Positions 28,928 through 39,190 of a DNA stretch of 64,000 nucleotides are shown piece after piece (position 1 is the stretch's first letter; every line of letters starts with the position of its first letter). Position numbers and translations under genes: made by a program. The notes beneath the pieces were generated by a model, which saw nothing but the letters and a program-made list of their open reading frames with translations, did not search any database and had not been told where the DNA came from. The stretch comes from Fibrobacteria bacterium (GTDB lineage: Bacteria > Fibrobacterota > Fibrobacteria > UBA11236), in the NCBI GenBank assembly GCA_043732185.1, contig JAYTHY010000050.1, positions 1 to 64,000 of the forward strand. The letters run 5' to 3'.

Positions 28928-29755
28928 TTATTTTCCTATTACTACCGAAGTCATGGACAAGGAACCGGCCACAGGGCCTTCGTTGAAAAGTTCCACGGCT
29001 TCGCCTTTTTCCTGTAAACCCAATATATACAGCAACGGATAATAATGGTCCGGTGTGGGGACGGATAGGCGCGCCGGTTCTCCGAAATTCCGGTAGTCGA
29101 TCAGCGCCTGATGGTTTCCGCTTAAAATGTTTTCTCGGCAATAATCATCCATTTTCACCGCCCAATCAAAGCCGAAGGCCTCATCGATACGATTGAAGTC
29201 CACTCTACCCAAATTATGAACCATGTTGCCGCTACCAATGATAAGCACGCCATCGTTTCGCAGCACTTGAAGCTGCTTTCCCAAGTCATAGTGAAATTGA
29301 GGCAGTTTTGCGTAATCGATACTCAATTGCACCACGGGAATACTCGCCTCTGGGTACATTTTATTCAATACAGACCATGTTCCATGGTCAAGCCCCCATT
29401 CCTCGTCCAATCCAACCACCGGTTGCTTGATGCGATTACAAATAGCTTCAGAAAGTTCCGGGCTTCCTGGAGCGGGATACTGGACATTGAATAGTTTCTG
29501 CGGGAACCCTCCGAAATCATGGATGGTTTTAGGATGTAACGCATGAGTGACGTAACTGCCCCGCGTCAACCAATGCGCGGAGATGCACAATATGGCTTTT
29601 GGGGTTGGGATAGATTTGGCCACCCGCTCCCATTCTTTGGTAAAGCGATTGTCCTCAATGGCGTTCATGGGCGAACCATGGCCTACAAAAAGAGCCGGCA
29701 TACGGGAAAAAGCCCCAGTGGACGGCACATTGAGTAAATTCCCTCCTAAATCCAT
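28928..29755 (-). CDS. ygiD: 4,5-DOPA dioxygenase extradiol (LigB family)
   Basis: FVGHGSPM, SAHW, HDFGGFP, GLDHG, GSGNMVHNL, PTPDHYYPL. Confidence 0.92.
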   Translation of the reverse strand: MDLGGNLLNVPSTGAFSRMPALFVGHGSPMNAIEDNRFTKEWERVAKSIPTPKAILCISAHWLTRGSYVTHALHPKTIHDFGGFPQKLFNVQYPAPGSPELSEAICNRIKQPVVGLDEEWGLDHGTWSVLNKMYPEASIPVVQLSIDYAKLPQFHYDLGKQLQVLRNDGVLIIGSGNMVHNLGRVDFNRIDEAFGFDWAVKMDDYCRENILSGNHQALIDYRNFGEPARLSVPTPDHYYPLLYILGLQEKGEAVELFNEGPVAGSLSMTSVVIGK

Positions 29756-29912
29756 GATTGTCTCCCCGTTGCAGTAAATTGTGACTATTTAGAAATTTGT
29801 TTTGACTCAATAGGCCCTGATACTATTGGCTATTTCGATATAAAAAGCTATTCTGCACGTTCCGCCAACGGTTCCATCGATTTCCGGTACGGCCAATTCA
29901 TTTAGGAGCATC

Positions 29913-31604
29913 ATGTCTAAAGTCCTTTTCACTGCATTACCCCTTTCCAAGGAAACCCTCAAGAGCATTGAGGAAATGGGATTCGAAATTGCCACCACTA
30001 TTCAAGGTGAGGCCATTCCTCCCATCATGGAAGGCCGCGATGTCATTGGGACATCGAGCACGGGGACTGGAAAAACCATCGCCTTTGCCGTACCCGCGGT
30101 AGAAAAAATTGATGCTACCAAGAATGTTTGCCAAGCCCTTATCCTCTGCCCAACGCGTGAACTGTGTATACAAGTGGCGGAACAAGTAGGAAAAATTGGA
30201 AAGCACAAACGCAATCTGTACGCGCTACCCATTTACGGCGGGCAGGCCTATGATCGCCAACTCCATGGATTGAAGCGCGGCGCACAAATTGTGATTGGAA
30301 CACCAGGACGACTGATTGATCATCTCGAGCGCGGGAGCTTGAAGCTCGACCAAGTTAAAATGGTGGTGCTGGATGAAGCTGATGAAATGTTGGACATGGG
30401 CTTCCAAGAGGATATGGAAAAGATTCTCAGCCATGTGCCCGGCGATCGGCAAACGGTGCTTTTTTCCGCAACCATGCAGCCCGGCATCCGTAGGCTCGCA
30501 ACAAAATTCCTAAAGAACCCGCTTACCATTAAATCTTCCATGGAAGCCATGTCGGTTCCAGCCATTGAACAAGCTTATATGGAAGTGCGCGGGCCGATGA
30601 AACTCGAAGCTTTAACACGAGTTCTTGATTATCATCGCGTTAAACTCGGCATCGTTTTCTGCAATACCCGAATTGGTGTAGATGAGCTCGTTGAGCATTT
30701 GCAGGCACGCGGGTATTCCGCTGAAGGGCTTCATGGCGAGCACAAACAAAACGTGCGCGATCGTATCATGGCTAAATTCCGTTCCCGCACCGTGGAGATT
30801 CTAGTAGCCACCGATGTGGCTTCACGCGGGATCGATGTCAAAGACGTGGAAATGGTGGTCAACTATGATCTGCCTAAGGACACGGAAGACTATGTCCATC
30901 GCATTGGCCGCACCGGAAGGGCAGGCAAGAAAGGTTTGGCTTTGAGCTTCGCCTCTGGGCGGGATCTATTTCGTCTGCGCAATATCGAAAGTTTTTCAAA
31001 AATAAAAATCCCCCGCCGCGCGGTACCCACTTTGGATCAAGTGGAAACGGCCCAACATACCATTTTGCTCGATAAAATCCGGGAAATCATTTCGGCTGGA
31101 GGATTGGACCGGTATTCCGTTTTGGTCGACACATTAGTCGAAGGGGATATTACCGCTTCGGACGTCGCCAGCGCATTACTCAAATTGACGTTGCCGGAAG
31201 CGATTGTTCCTCAAGAGGAATCTTTCCAGAAAGAACGCGGATTCGAAGGCGCTGGGAATTTCAGCCCCGATCGCAAATTCAATAAGGAAAAACGCTTTGA
31301 AGGCAGCGAGGATAGACCGGCCTTCAAACGCGGAGACAAGGAATCCCGTAGCTTTGATACGGGAGGCCCCTCGGCCAAATTATTTCTCAATGTGGGGCGC
31401 ATGCAGGGTGTCTTGCCCAAGGATATTCTAGGAGCCTTGGCCGGCGAAACCGGGATTCCCGGCAAATCCTTTGGGAATATCAGCGTGCAGTCCAAGCACA
31501 CAGTAGTCGATGTTCCAGAAGACAAATTCGATACCATTGTCGAGGCTTTTAAGAAGGTGCGCATCAAGGGTGTGCCCGTTAAAGCCCGGCGGTTCGAAAC
31601 CTAA
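29913..31604 (+). CDS. deaD: DEAD-box RNA helicase with DbpA-type RNA-binding domain
   Basis: GTGKT, PTREL, DEAD, SAT, HRIGRTGR; C-terminal LFLNVGR...ILGA. Confidence 0.9.
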   Translation: MSKVLFTALPLSKETLKSIEEMGFEIATTIQGEAIPPIMEGRDVIGTSSTGTGKTIAFAVPAVEKIDATKNVCQALILCPTRELCIQVAEQVGKIGKHKRNLYALPIYGGQAYDRQLHGLKRGAQIVIGTPGRLIDHLERGSLKLDQVKMVVLDEADEMLDMGFQEDMEKILSHVPGDRQTVLFSATMQPGIRRLATKFLKNPLTIKSSMEAMSVPAIEQAYMEVRGPMKLEALTRVLDYHRVKLGIVFCNTRIGVDELVEHLQARGYSAEGLHGEHKQNVRDRIMAKFRSRTVEILVATDVASRGIDVKDVEMVVNYDLPKDTEDYVHRIGRTGRAGKKGLALSFASGRDLFRLRNIESFSKIKIPRRAVPTLDQVETAQHTILLDKIREIISAGGLDRYSVLVDTLVEGDITASDVASALLKLTLPEAIVPQEESFQKERGFEGAGNFSPDRKFNKEKRFEGSEDRPAFKRGDKESRSFDTGGPSAKLFLNVGRMQGVLPKDILGALAGETGIPGKSFGNISVQSKHTVVDVPEDKFDTIVEAFKKVRIKGVPVKARRFET

Positions 31605-31662
31605 GTTACCCGGAATACTTAATCGTCCCAGCTACTCCGAATGGAATCATGCCTGATGGCAG

Positions 31663-32586
31663 TCATGATGGACACAAATCCTTCAGCGCGTCGGGAAGGT
31701 TTGCAAATCGGAATTTGAATCCCTCCTGCAAAAGGCGCGCGGGCAAAACCCAGTGGCTGTTTACAATTAATTCTGATTCCGTCCGCAAAAGTCTCGTTCC
31801 CAATTCCAGAATAAATAAGGGCGCAGGCAAACCAATAGGCATGCCAATAACCTGCCGCATTTCCCGCATGAATTCCGCATTTGTAACCGGGTTCGGCGCG
31901 GTACAATTGACAGCCCCTTCTACAGGATGGCTTTCCAGAAATCGGACGATCTCAAAAAAATCCATTTCATGTATCCAGCTGAACATTTGCTTTCCACCCG
32001 CTTGTTTCCCACCCAATCCGAATTTCGTGATATTTCGAAGCGGAATCATGGCGCCGCCCTGTTTCCCTAGTATGATGGAAATGCGCAATGCAACTCTGCG
32101 AGTACTGGGTAAATCACTTTCAAAAAAAGCCTGCTCCCATTTTTTGCCGACTTCAACGGTAAATCCCGTTCCAATTTCTCCGGTCCATTCATCCATGGGT
32201 TTATCGAAAGCCTGTCGATACAAGGACGCTGTGCTGGAATTGACCCACAGAGCAGGCGGCCGTTTGGATTGCTGGATGGCCTTAGCGAGCACAGCCGTTG
32301 AGTCGATTCTAGAATTCAATATTTCGCTGCGGTTGGTTGAATTAAAACGGCAATTTATGCTTCGACCGGCCAAGTTGACTAATACGTCCGCTCCATCAAT
32401 TTCATTTATCCAGCTTCCAAGGTTTTTTCCATCCCAGGTCACGAATCGTGTGCCATTTGATATTCGCGATGCACCTCGGCCTAATACCACAACTTCGTAG
32501 CCTACCTTTTGGAACTGTTCGCCCAAAAAGGTTCCCAAGAATCCAGATCCACCGGCTAGAACAATTCGCTTTTTGTGTTGTAACAT
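31663..32586 (-). CDS. TIGR01777-type NAD-dependent epimerase
   Basis: GGSGFLG, NLAG, SRIDST, FSWIH, P.RLL..GF.F. Confidence 0.9.
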   Translation of the reverse strand: MLQHKKRIVLAGGSGFLGTFLGEQFQKVGYEVVVLGRGASRISNGTRFVTWDGKNLGSWINEIDGADVLVNLAGRSINCRFNSTNRSEILNSRIDSTAVLAKAIQQSKRPPALWVNSSTASLYRQAFDKPMDEWTGEIGTGFTVEVGKKWEQAFFESDLPSTRRVALRISIILGKQGGAMIPLRNITKFGLGGKQAGGKQMFSWIHEMDFFEIVRFLESHPVEGAVNCTAPNPVTNAEFMREMRQVIGMPIGLPAPLFILELGTRLLRTESELIVNSHWVLPARLLQEGFKFRFANLPDALKDLCPS

Positions 32587-32701
32587 GATGAACCCTGTTC
32601 AAATAATAACTTGACAGACCTTGGAGATCACGGGATATTTTGAACATGCTCAAAATTGAACATCCTGGAAATGCCTCCAAGTAAATTCCCAGGAAAATAA
32701 A

Positions 32702-33112
32702 TTGCTCATATATGCACAAGTACTGATGGGCGCTTCCATAGTTGTGGGCGGGATAGCTTCCGCAATGGCTTTGTTTGGGCGCTATCGGACGCTTCCAGGC
32801 TTCCTAACTGGCCCCACCATCTGCAAATTAGAAGCGGGAGGATGTCAGGCGTTGTTTCGCACACGTAATGCGGCACTGCTAGGCATCCCTAATTCCGCTC
32901 TAGGTATTGCGTACTATGGCATGATGGCGGTGGGACTGCGAATGCAATGGCCACTTTGGATTTTATGGATCGGATCTTGTCCAGCTCTTGTAATGTCGAT
33001 CGTGTTAGCGTGGGTTCTTTTGCGTAACCGATTGGAATGCCGGATTTGTTGGACAAGCCATTGTTGCAACCTTGCAATATGGACAACGTTACTTTTCCAA
33101 CTACATCTGTAG
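32702..33112 (+). CDS. Vitamin K epoxide reductase (VKOR) family protein
   Basis: CKLEAGGC loop pair, GIPNS, CRIC active site, TM helices. Confidence 0.85.
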   Translation: MLIYAQVLMGASIVVGGIASAMALFGRYRTLPGFLTGPTICKLEAGGCQALFRTRNAALLGIPNSALGIAYYGMMAVGLRMQWPLWILWIGSCPALVMSIVLAWVLLRNRLECRICWTSHCCNLAIWTTLLFQLHL

Positions 33113-33613
33113 GTCAATGGAATTGTCGATCAGCTCGCGTGGCCGGCTCATAGAAAAATTGACTCTTTGGATCAGATCAATTTTAAGTTGGGCCAACTCT
33201 TCCCATCGGCATACCACCGCATATCCGCTGTCAAAATTCCTCTGCATGCGATTGGGTAGCACGGGTTGATGGTCGCTCTGAGATGGATTATCAGGAAGGA
33301 TGACGCCCAGTAGCCCCATGCCTAGATCCAAAGCGGCTTTGATTTCCCAGTCCACATATTTATCCAAGTGCGTGCCGGAACCACACAGCAGGACCATGCA
33401 AGCCACCTCTTCAAGTGGACCCTGAGAAAGGTTTGTGACAAAGGACTCTGCATCGCCAGAACCGATTTCCCTTTCCAAGGACTGATCCCTTTTCATCTCA
33501 CTCAGCCAGGAAAAGAGTTTCTGAAAGGCTTCGAAAGCGGCCGCATCCCGGTAGTGATCGTAGCTGATATAAATCCTTCGTTTGCTTCTTTGAAACAGTG
33601 ATTGTGAATCCAT
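33101..33613 (-). CDS. TIR-domain protein (ThsB/MTH538-like)
   Basis: RRIYISYDH, CMVLLCG..T...KYVDWEI, GLLGV; start refined to MDSQS. Confidence 0.82.
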   Translation of the reverse strand: MDSQSLFQRSKRRIYISYDHYRDAAAFEAFQKLFSWLSEMKRDQSLEREIGSGDAESFVTNLSQGPLEEVACMVLLCGSGTHLDKYVDWEIKAALDLGMGLLGVILPDNPSQSDHQPVLPNRMQRNFDSGYAVVCRWEELAQLKIDLIQRVNFSMSRPRELIDNSIDLQM

Positions 33614-33740
33614 GCCGATAATATCCGAAAAAAGCTTGTCCTTGTCCGGTCCGAATAACTTTGGGCCTCGCCTGATACGGATTCGCCCAAGAAATTGGAG
33701 TATAATTCGTCTATATTCGGTACATCGTACTCCCACCCTT

Positions 33741-34643
33741 GTGCATCTGGAGCCTATTAAAATCAACTTCAAGCTCAAACCGTTACTGGCGTTCACGCGC
33801 ATTCCCGGGAACGCCTTTTCCTTTTGGATACGGCAGACCTTACGTTGGTCGCGAGGCACACCTACTCTTTTCCAGGAACCCAAGGATACTCTATTCGCCT
33901 ATTTGAAAGTGGATCGAAAGGCCGCGGAAGCACGAGAGTCCGATTTCCGGGAACGATATGGACTGGAACCTCTTGCCCAAATGTCGACTACGGCACTCTA
34001 TCGAAAAAATCTTTATCTGTTGCATACTCTGGAAAATGCCACGGAAGGACTTGATTTTTCTCCCATGCTCGGTTCTGCGTGCAAAGCCTTGGATGTCGGC
34101 TCACAAGATTGGCATTATGTCTTTGGGCTGGAAAGGTGGTTAAAATTCTACCAGAGTTCGCGCGGAAGATCAGTTGCGCTGGATGGAATTGAATTGGACG
34201 GATATGGGATCTATTCCGATTTTCATTCCCGGAGGGATTACGCCCATGCGTATGCGGCCCAAACCGGTAATGCTAATGTCCGATACTGCATTGGCGATTT
34301 CTTGAAAATGCCTGTCGCCAGTTATGATTTCATTTCCATCTTCTATCCCTTTGTAACCCGCTACCAACTGCTGCTCTGGGGACTTCCGCTGCGTTTCTAC
34401 TCGCCTCCCAATTTTCTGTCCCAATCCGCGGCACTATTACGTTCCGGTGGATGCTTGCTGGTCTTTTGTCATTCACAAGCTGAACAGGATGTATTTCTGG
34501 AATTGGGACGTAAATCTGGAAAGTTTACGCTCTTGCGCCATGGGCCGGTATTGAGCGATCTAGTCGATTTCCACCAAGACATCCGCGACCGGCGTTATTC
34601 CATTTGGCAGAAATCCAGCTTCAACGCAAATAGTTCAGTATAA
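33741..34643 (+). CDS. Class I SAM-dependent methyltransferase (start uncertain)
   Basis: LDVGS, GIELD, GDFL, YDFI, LLRSGG. Confidence 0.75.
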   Translation: MHLEPIKINFKLKPLLAFTRIPGNAFSFWIRQTLRWSRGTPTLFQEPKDTLFAYLKVDRKAAEARESDFRERYGLEPLAQMSTTALYRKNLYLLHTLENATEGLDFSPMLGSACKALDVGSQDWHYVFGLERWLKFYQSSRGRSVALDGIELDGYGIYSDFHSRRDYAHAYAAQTGNANVRYCIGDFLKMPVASYDFISIFYPFVTRYQLLLWGLPLRFYSPPNFLSQSAALLRSGGCLLVFCHSQAEQDVFLELGRKSGKFTLLRHGPVLSDLVDFHQDIRDRRYSIWQKSSFNANSSV

Positions 34644-35085
34644 TTCCCTGGAGTCGCGTCTGTTCCTGTTTGGGCAGGTCACAGTAACTCTGAATTTTTC
34701 CGCGACAATTTTTCGAACCGCAAGCACACTCGATTTGCCATCCGGCTTCATTGATGGACGTGCTGTAATCCCAGAAAAGTTCCTCGTCCTTTTGAATGTC
34801 CCGCAGCGAGAATAAAATCAGAGATCCGCCTGCAAAGCCGACATTGGGATCGCAACTGTGGTTGATGAAGTCGTCCATGCGCGGATGATCTGGATCTTCC
34901 GCCAGAAATGTGTCCGGGCCCACTTGCAAGGCCCGCATGCCCTCCACCACTTCATCCTTATGGCGAAGAATACCTCGACACTCAATAACCCGCGTTCCCT
35001 TGGATATAACCTCTCCAGCATAGATTCCACGGCCATGCGCCGGGGATTCACCGATGTAGAGGAGGGATTCTGCAGTGGCTTCCAT
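34621..35085 (-). CDS. SET-domain lysine methyltransferase with post-SET
   Basis: HGRGIYA, FINHSCDPN, EELFWDY, CACGSKNCRG. Confidence 0.93.
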   Translation of the reverse strand: MEATAESLLYIGESPAHGRGIYAGEVISKGTRVIECRGILRHKDEVVEGMRALQVGPDTFLAEDPDHPRMDDFINHSCDPNVGFAGGSLILFSLRDIQKDEELFWDYSTSINEAGWQIECACGSKNCRGKIQSYCDLPKQEQTRLQGIILNYLR

Positions 35086-35454
35086 GATGTGTCCTTTGGT
35101 TGGCGGAAAGAGAAATTAGCAATCCATATACTTGGATCAAGCCCAATTGAATCTAGCTTTCAAGACACCATAGAATTGGGTGAACATGGTCAAACCGGTT
35201 TCAGACACATCCTTCCAGAGTCCTATTTCAGCACTTCGATTGCTCGGGCTAGTATTGGCCTGGATCCGTGTTGCCGCCATGGCGTAAGGCGGCTACCCTT
35301 TTTTGGAAACCAAAATATTGGGCGTTCCATTTCGAGCCAACCCTCATTTAACTGCCGGCAGGCGTCGGATCCATTCTCCAGCAGGGATTAGAGAAGCCCG
35401 GGAATCCATGTTTATTAATATTGCGCTGTAATGAATTAAAGGCAATTATAGGAT

Positions 35455-37029
35455 TCAGACAGGAATCAAAAATCCTTCCTCCACCAATTGCCTCACTATT
35501 TCCGCCGTCTCATTAGGAATTTCATCCACCTCCATACCCAAATCGGCAGCCGCTTTTTCAACCGCATCCTGTAGCGTACGATAGCCGTCGCATGCGAGTA
35601 TCAAGGAGGAGAACCAATCATCGATCTCTTCGACATAAGCAAAGCCTTCCATAACTTGAATGAAAATTGCTTCCGCTTCCCCAGCCTCCGCAGCCTCCGC
35701 AGACACATGCCCGTCGGCCGGGAAGCCTTCTTGTGAAAACCGCATTTTTTCTGACATTCGGAAAACGGACACCATAAGGATTTGGTCCTCCTTGGCGTGA
35801 CGAGCCAGAAAATCAAGCGCCTGCATTCTTTCCGAAACGATGTCACCGCAGGGTCCAGCAATTTTCCTGGGGCCATCAAATGCCCGATACCAGTTTTCAA
35901 CTCCGGATCGTTTACGCATAGTTACCGTACCCGCGCCTATCGAGGCAATATTCTCCTGCCGATAATAGTCCAGCCACCGTTCCAGCCTGACCCCATCTTC
36001 AGTTGTTGCGCTAGCAAACGAATCCATATCTGTGTTCGTGTCTGTGTTCGCGTTCACATCCGCATCCACGCGACCCACGCGCATCCAATTTTTGGCATAC
36101 AGTATCGGGTCCGTAGTCGAGGAGCGGATGACCCAGGTATCACAGCCGCTACCTATGAACCATTCCTCCAGCCCTTGTTGCCAATCCGTTCCTTCCTTTT
36201 CAACCCAGTTGCAAAGCATTTGAAGCGAGCCGCCTTCAACCAAATAGGCCGGTGCTTCTGCTGCAATGCGCTTGCAAAAAGCATCGGCCGGCATTCCGCC
36301 ATTCAGATAAATCAGTCGATCCTCGGGTGAAATCACGAATGGTGGATTGGAAATGATGAGATCGAATTGCTCTCCCTCCACCGGCTGAAACAGGTTTCCA
36401 GTGCGGGCTTCCACGTTTTCTATTCCATTGATCGCCGCATTAAATTCTACGAAGGCTGCGGCGCGAGGATTGAGATCGGTTGCGATGACCCGCTTATTGG
36501 TTTTGGAGGCCAGAAAAGCCAAGTAGCCGCACCCGGATCCAATATCCAGCGCAGCACCTCCATCAGCTCGTATGATCAAGCTCGCTAACATTCTAGCCGT
36601 ATCGCTTGGGCCCATCACATGATCCGGCGCTTCCACCTTGTCCCCAATCCAGGAACGATCAAATGCAATCAGCAATCCATGGATGGGGGTGATCTTTATT
36701 GCAGCGAATAGACTGCCATGTCTTTCCTCCAGTAAGCCTCCCGCCAACAATCCATCCAGAGGTAAACCTGGGAAAGCCTTACCAATGGCCTCTGCGGGTA
36801 CGGGAACCCCTATAACGAACAGACGAATCAGGGTGTTCTGGGCCGATACCATGGCAGTCCGTTCCAGCGCCTCCTCAGCGGAAAGATTCCGTAGGGCGGG
36901 AATACCTTTTACCCCCAAAGCGGCAATCAGCCCTGCTTCATTGAAGTGCGCATCTTTAAAGACTTGACCCACCTGCCTGGTTTCCTGTTTGGAAAAGGAA
37001 AAAGGTCGGTGCCTAGGATGTTGGGACAT
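35455..37029 (-). CDS. HemK/MTS-like methyltransferase with C-terminal winged-helix (PqqD/RRE-like) domain
   Basis: GGAG RBS; LDIGSGCG, SNPPF; C-terminal CDG.RTL...VRQLVEEGFL. Confidence 0.85.
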   Translation of the reverse strand: MSQHPRHRPFSFSKQETRQVGQVFKDAHFNEAGLIAALGVKGIPALRNLSAEEALERTAMVSAQNTLIRLFVIGVPVPAEAIGKAFPGLPLDGLLAGGLLEERHGSLFAAIKITPIHGLLIAFDRSWIGDKVEAPDHVMGPSDTARMLASLIIRADGGAALDIGSGCGYLAFLASKTNKRVIATDLNPRAAAFVEFNAAINGIENVEARTGNLFQPVEGEQFDLIISNPPFVISPEDRLIYLNGGMPADAFCKRIAAEAPAYLVEGGSLQMLCNWVEKEGTDWQQGLEEWFIGSGCDTWVIRSSTTDPILYAKNWMRVGRVDADVNANTDTNTDMDSFASATTEDGVRLERWLDYYRQENIASIGAGTVTMRKRSGVENWYRAFDGPRKIAGPCGDIVSERMQALDFLARHAKEDQILMVSVFRMSEKMRFSQEGFPADGHVSAEAAEAGEAEAIFIQVMEGFAYVEEIDDWFSSLILACDGYRTLQDAVEKAAADLGMEVDEIPNETAEIVRQLVEEGFLIPV

Positions 37030-37105
37030 GAAAAATCTCCGAATGGAATAGAAACAATTTAAATCCGCATGGATAGGATTTCCAGTTGCTTCATGGATCC
37101 CAACC

Positions 37106-37695
37106 TCACTGCGTCTGTAGCGCTTTCCTATTTGAAAGCAATTGACGGTAAAAGGCATAGCCTACTAAAACTGCCAGAATGGAAACGAGCACAAGACTGG
37201 AGCCTATGGTACCGAAGTTCAGTCCGCCTTTCTCGTGCGATTTGGTCAGGACATCGCCCATCGTCGCACCAAATGGCCGTGTCAAAACAAAGGCGATCCA
37301 AAAGAGCAATACATGGGATATTTTCGAATAGTAATAGGCTAAAATCGTTAGTCCGATAAGCCCGCCGATTAGCATAGCACCGCCGAAAAAGCTCAGGCCG
37401 GAATCATCGAGCCGGTGGCATATCCAAGATGCAAGGTTCGATCCATATAGTCCGACATGGTTGTTCCTGCCGTGCTTGTAGAAAGAATGACGGCCCAGTA
37501 CAAAATTGGATTGTACGATTTCACGGAAATCTGACCAATTAAAGTGGCAAAGAAAAAACTGATCAGGATGATCGAACTTATGGCATACCCGACATTTAGT
37601 GTCATGGATAATAGATCGCCGGCCGTTTCTCCAAGCGTGGTCGCACAGATTTTCATTATCCAGAAGGCCAAAGTGATTTCGGGTAGTTTTCTCAT
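37106..37695 (-). pseudogene. DUF347/COG4705 membrane protein with internal deletion and frameshift
   Basis: N-part KLPEITLAFWIMKICATTLGETAGD and C-part LTRPFGATMGD in different frames; middle repeat missing. Confidence 0.85.
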
Positions 37696-37717
37696 GTTCT
37701 GCCTAGGTAAAAAAGTC

Positions 37718-38986
37718 TTACTCCTTCCAAACCTTCCCTTTAGCATCGACGGATTTTCCGGAAGCATCAAATCGTGGTCCTCGGCCAGTGACTCGGTCGC
37801 TCACCTTTTCAGCCTCCATGGCATTCCTATCTTCCGCGGAATTGGAGTTCGAGACCGTCACTGGTTTTGGTTTAATCAGCAAACCGGAAATTTCCTGTGC
37901 ATACCAGCGGTGCAGAAAGTCGTTAGGATGATTGACGTTATTGCCGGTCATATCCCTAAACAGTTTGAACTTGAGAAGTTCCTGATGCACTCCGGTCATG
38001 TCCACCATTTCCACTCCAAGGCCGACCAGCGTCTGCAACTTGGCCTTATAATTTGGTTGTTGGCCGGCGAAACCGGTTTCCGGATTGGCCAGGGTCGTGG
38101 CAATCAGGATGAATTCAACGGCAGGATTGCCCGCCTTTACATCCGCCATGATGGCTTTGATCCGAGTTAAAAAGAGGTCCGGAGCCACGTTCCCGGTTCC
38201 ATCATTCATCCCGAAGGAAATAACCACCAGGTCGGGATTCTCAGCTGTTACCAAGGTATGGACATTGGCAGCGCCCCAAGCCGCATCTGTTCCTGCAACA
38301 GCCACATTTTTAAGGGTAATCACGGACGAATAATTGGCCCGGAGATTTTCGGTTACCAGCCCGGCATAAGGAGGCATGTTGGGCGCGGCCCCCGTGTATG
38401 CACTGGCATTGTATCCCGCCGTGATGCTGTTTCCAATCAGAACAAATTTTAAAGGCTGGCCCTTGTTTAATTTTGCCAGCGTGTTGGGTAAGTTGGTTTC
38501 CGCGTAGGTTGGAACAGGTCCTTTCCACACATTGCGGAGGTGGGTATAAGTAACCGACAATTGGCGATCGTGGAAGAAATGACCTTCGGTCCAATAGACA
38601 AAGCCTCCACCAACTTTGGTCTGCGTTGCCCCTGCGGTTGTGGGATATAAAAAGTCCTTGGTCAGAAAAGCAGCTTTCGAACCGGCCATCAATTGCAATC
38701 GGCCGTTTGCGAAGGTCCAGTCCACACCCTGTTTGAAAATGGTATCCAGGCCGGCACTTTTAACGGATTGAATGACGAGGGGCGAAAACAACAGCTTCGC
38801 CTCGGGTAGTTTTCCCGCTGAATCAGAAACCATCAAAACGGATTCATTGTATAGGGTATCCGAATCCCAAAAGGGAGTCAAATACTCTTTGACGGGATAA
38901 GGCGCTGCCGCTGTAGGAGACGCGGTTAGCAACCATGCAAACGGAAATAAAAGGGATAGCCACAGTGATTGGAAAGAATTTTTCAT
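37718..38986 (-). CDS. Secreted SGNH/GDSL hydrolase
   Basis: GNSIT, FGMND, NHPND; signal peptide. Confidence 0.85.
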   Translation of the reverse strand: MKNSFQSLWLSLLFPFAWLLTASPTAAAPYPVKEYLTPFWDSDTLYNESVLMVSDSAGKLPEAKLLFSPLVIQSVKSAGLDTIFKQGVDWTFANGRLQLMAGSKAAFLTKDFLYPTTAGATQTKVGGGFVYWTEGHFFHDRQLSVTYTHLRNVWKGPVPTYAETNLPNTLAKLNKGQPLKFVLIGNSITAGYNASAYTGAAPNMPPYAGLVTENLRANYSSVITLKNVAVAGTDAAWGAANVHTLVTAENPDLVVISFGMNDGTGNVAPDLFLTRIKAIMADVKAGNPAVEFILIATTLANPETGFAGQQPNYKAKLQTLVGLGVEMVDMTGVHQELLKFKLFRDMTGNNVNHPNDFLHRWYAQEISGLLIKPKPVTVSNSNSAEDRNAMEAEKVSDRVTGRGPRFDASGKSVDAKGKVWKE

Positions 38987-39190
38987 TGTAACCTAACTTT
39001 CAATGCGAGAGACAGCCATTTTTGCACTTTCGAACTTCCAGAACGTAGAAAATTGACCCAAAAATGGGTTCATTGGCCTATTTGAAGCCATTCACGGGCC
39101 TGGAAGCCATTCGAATTATCAGAATTACACGCGCTCAAATAAAACCAAAATCGCTTTACGCACAATTGGATTTACGCCTATATTCGAATT

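Noticed and set aside
35670..36070. Short in-frame 6-9 bp repeats in the methyltransferase (also LPLPLP near 45330-45360 and FGFGFG near 46710-46733)
   Set aside because: Low-complexity loop or leader expansions; not CRISPR-like and no functional signal
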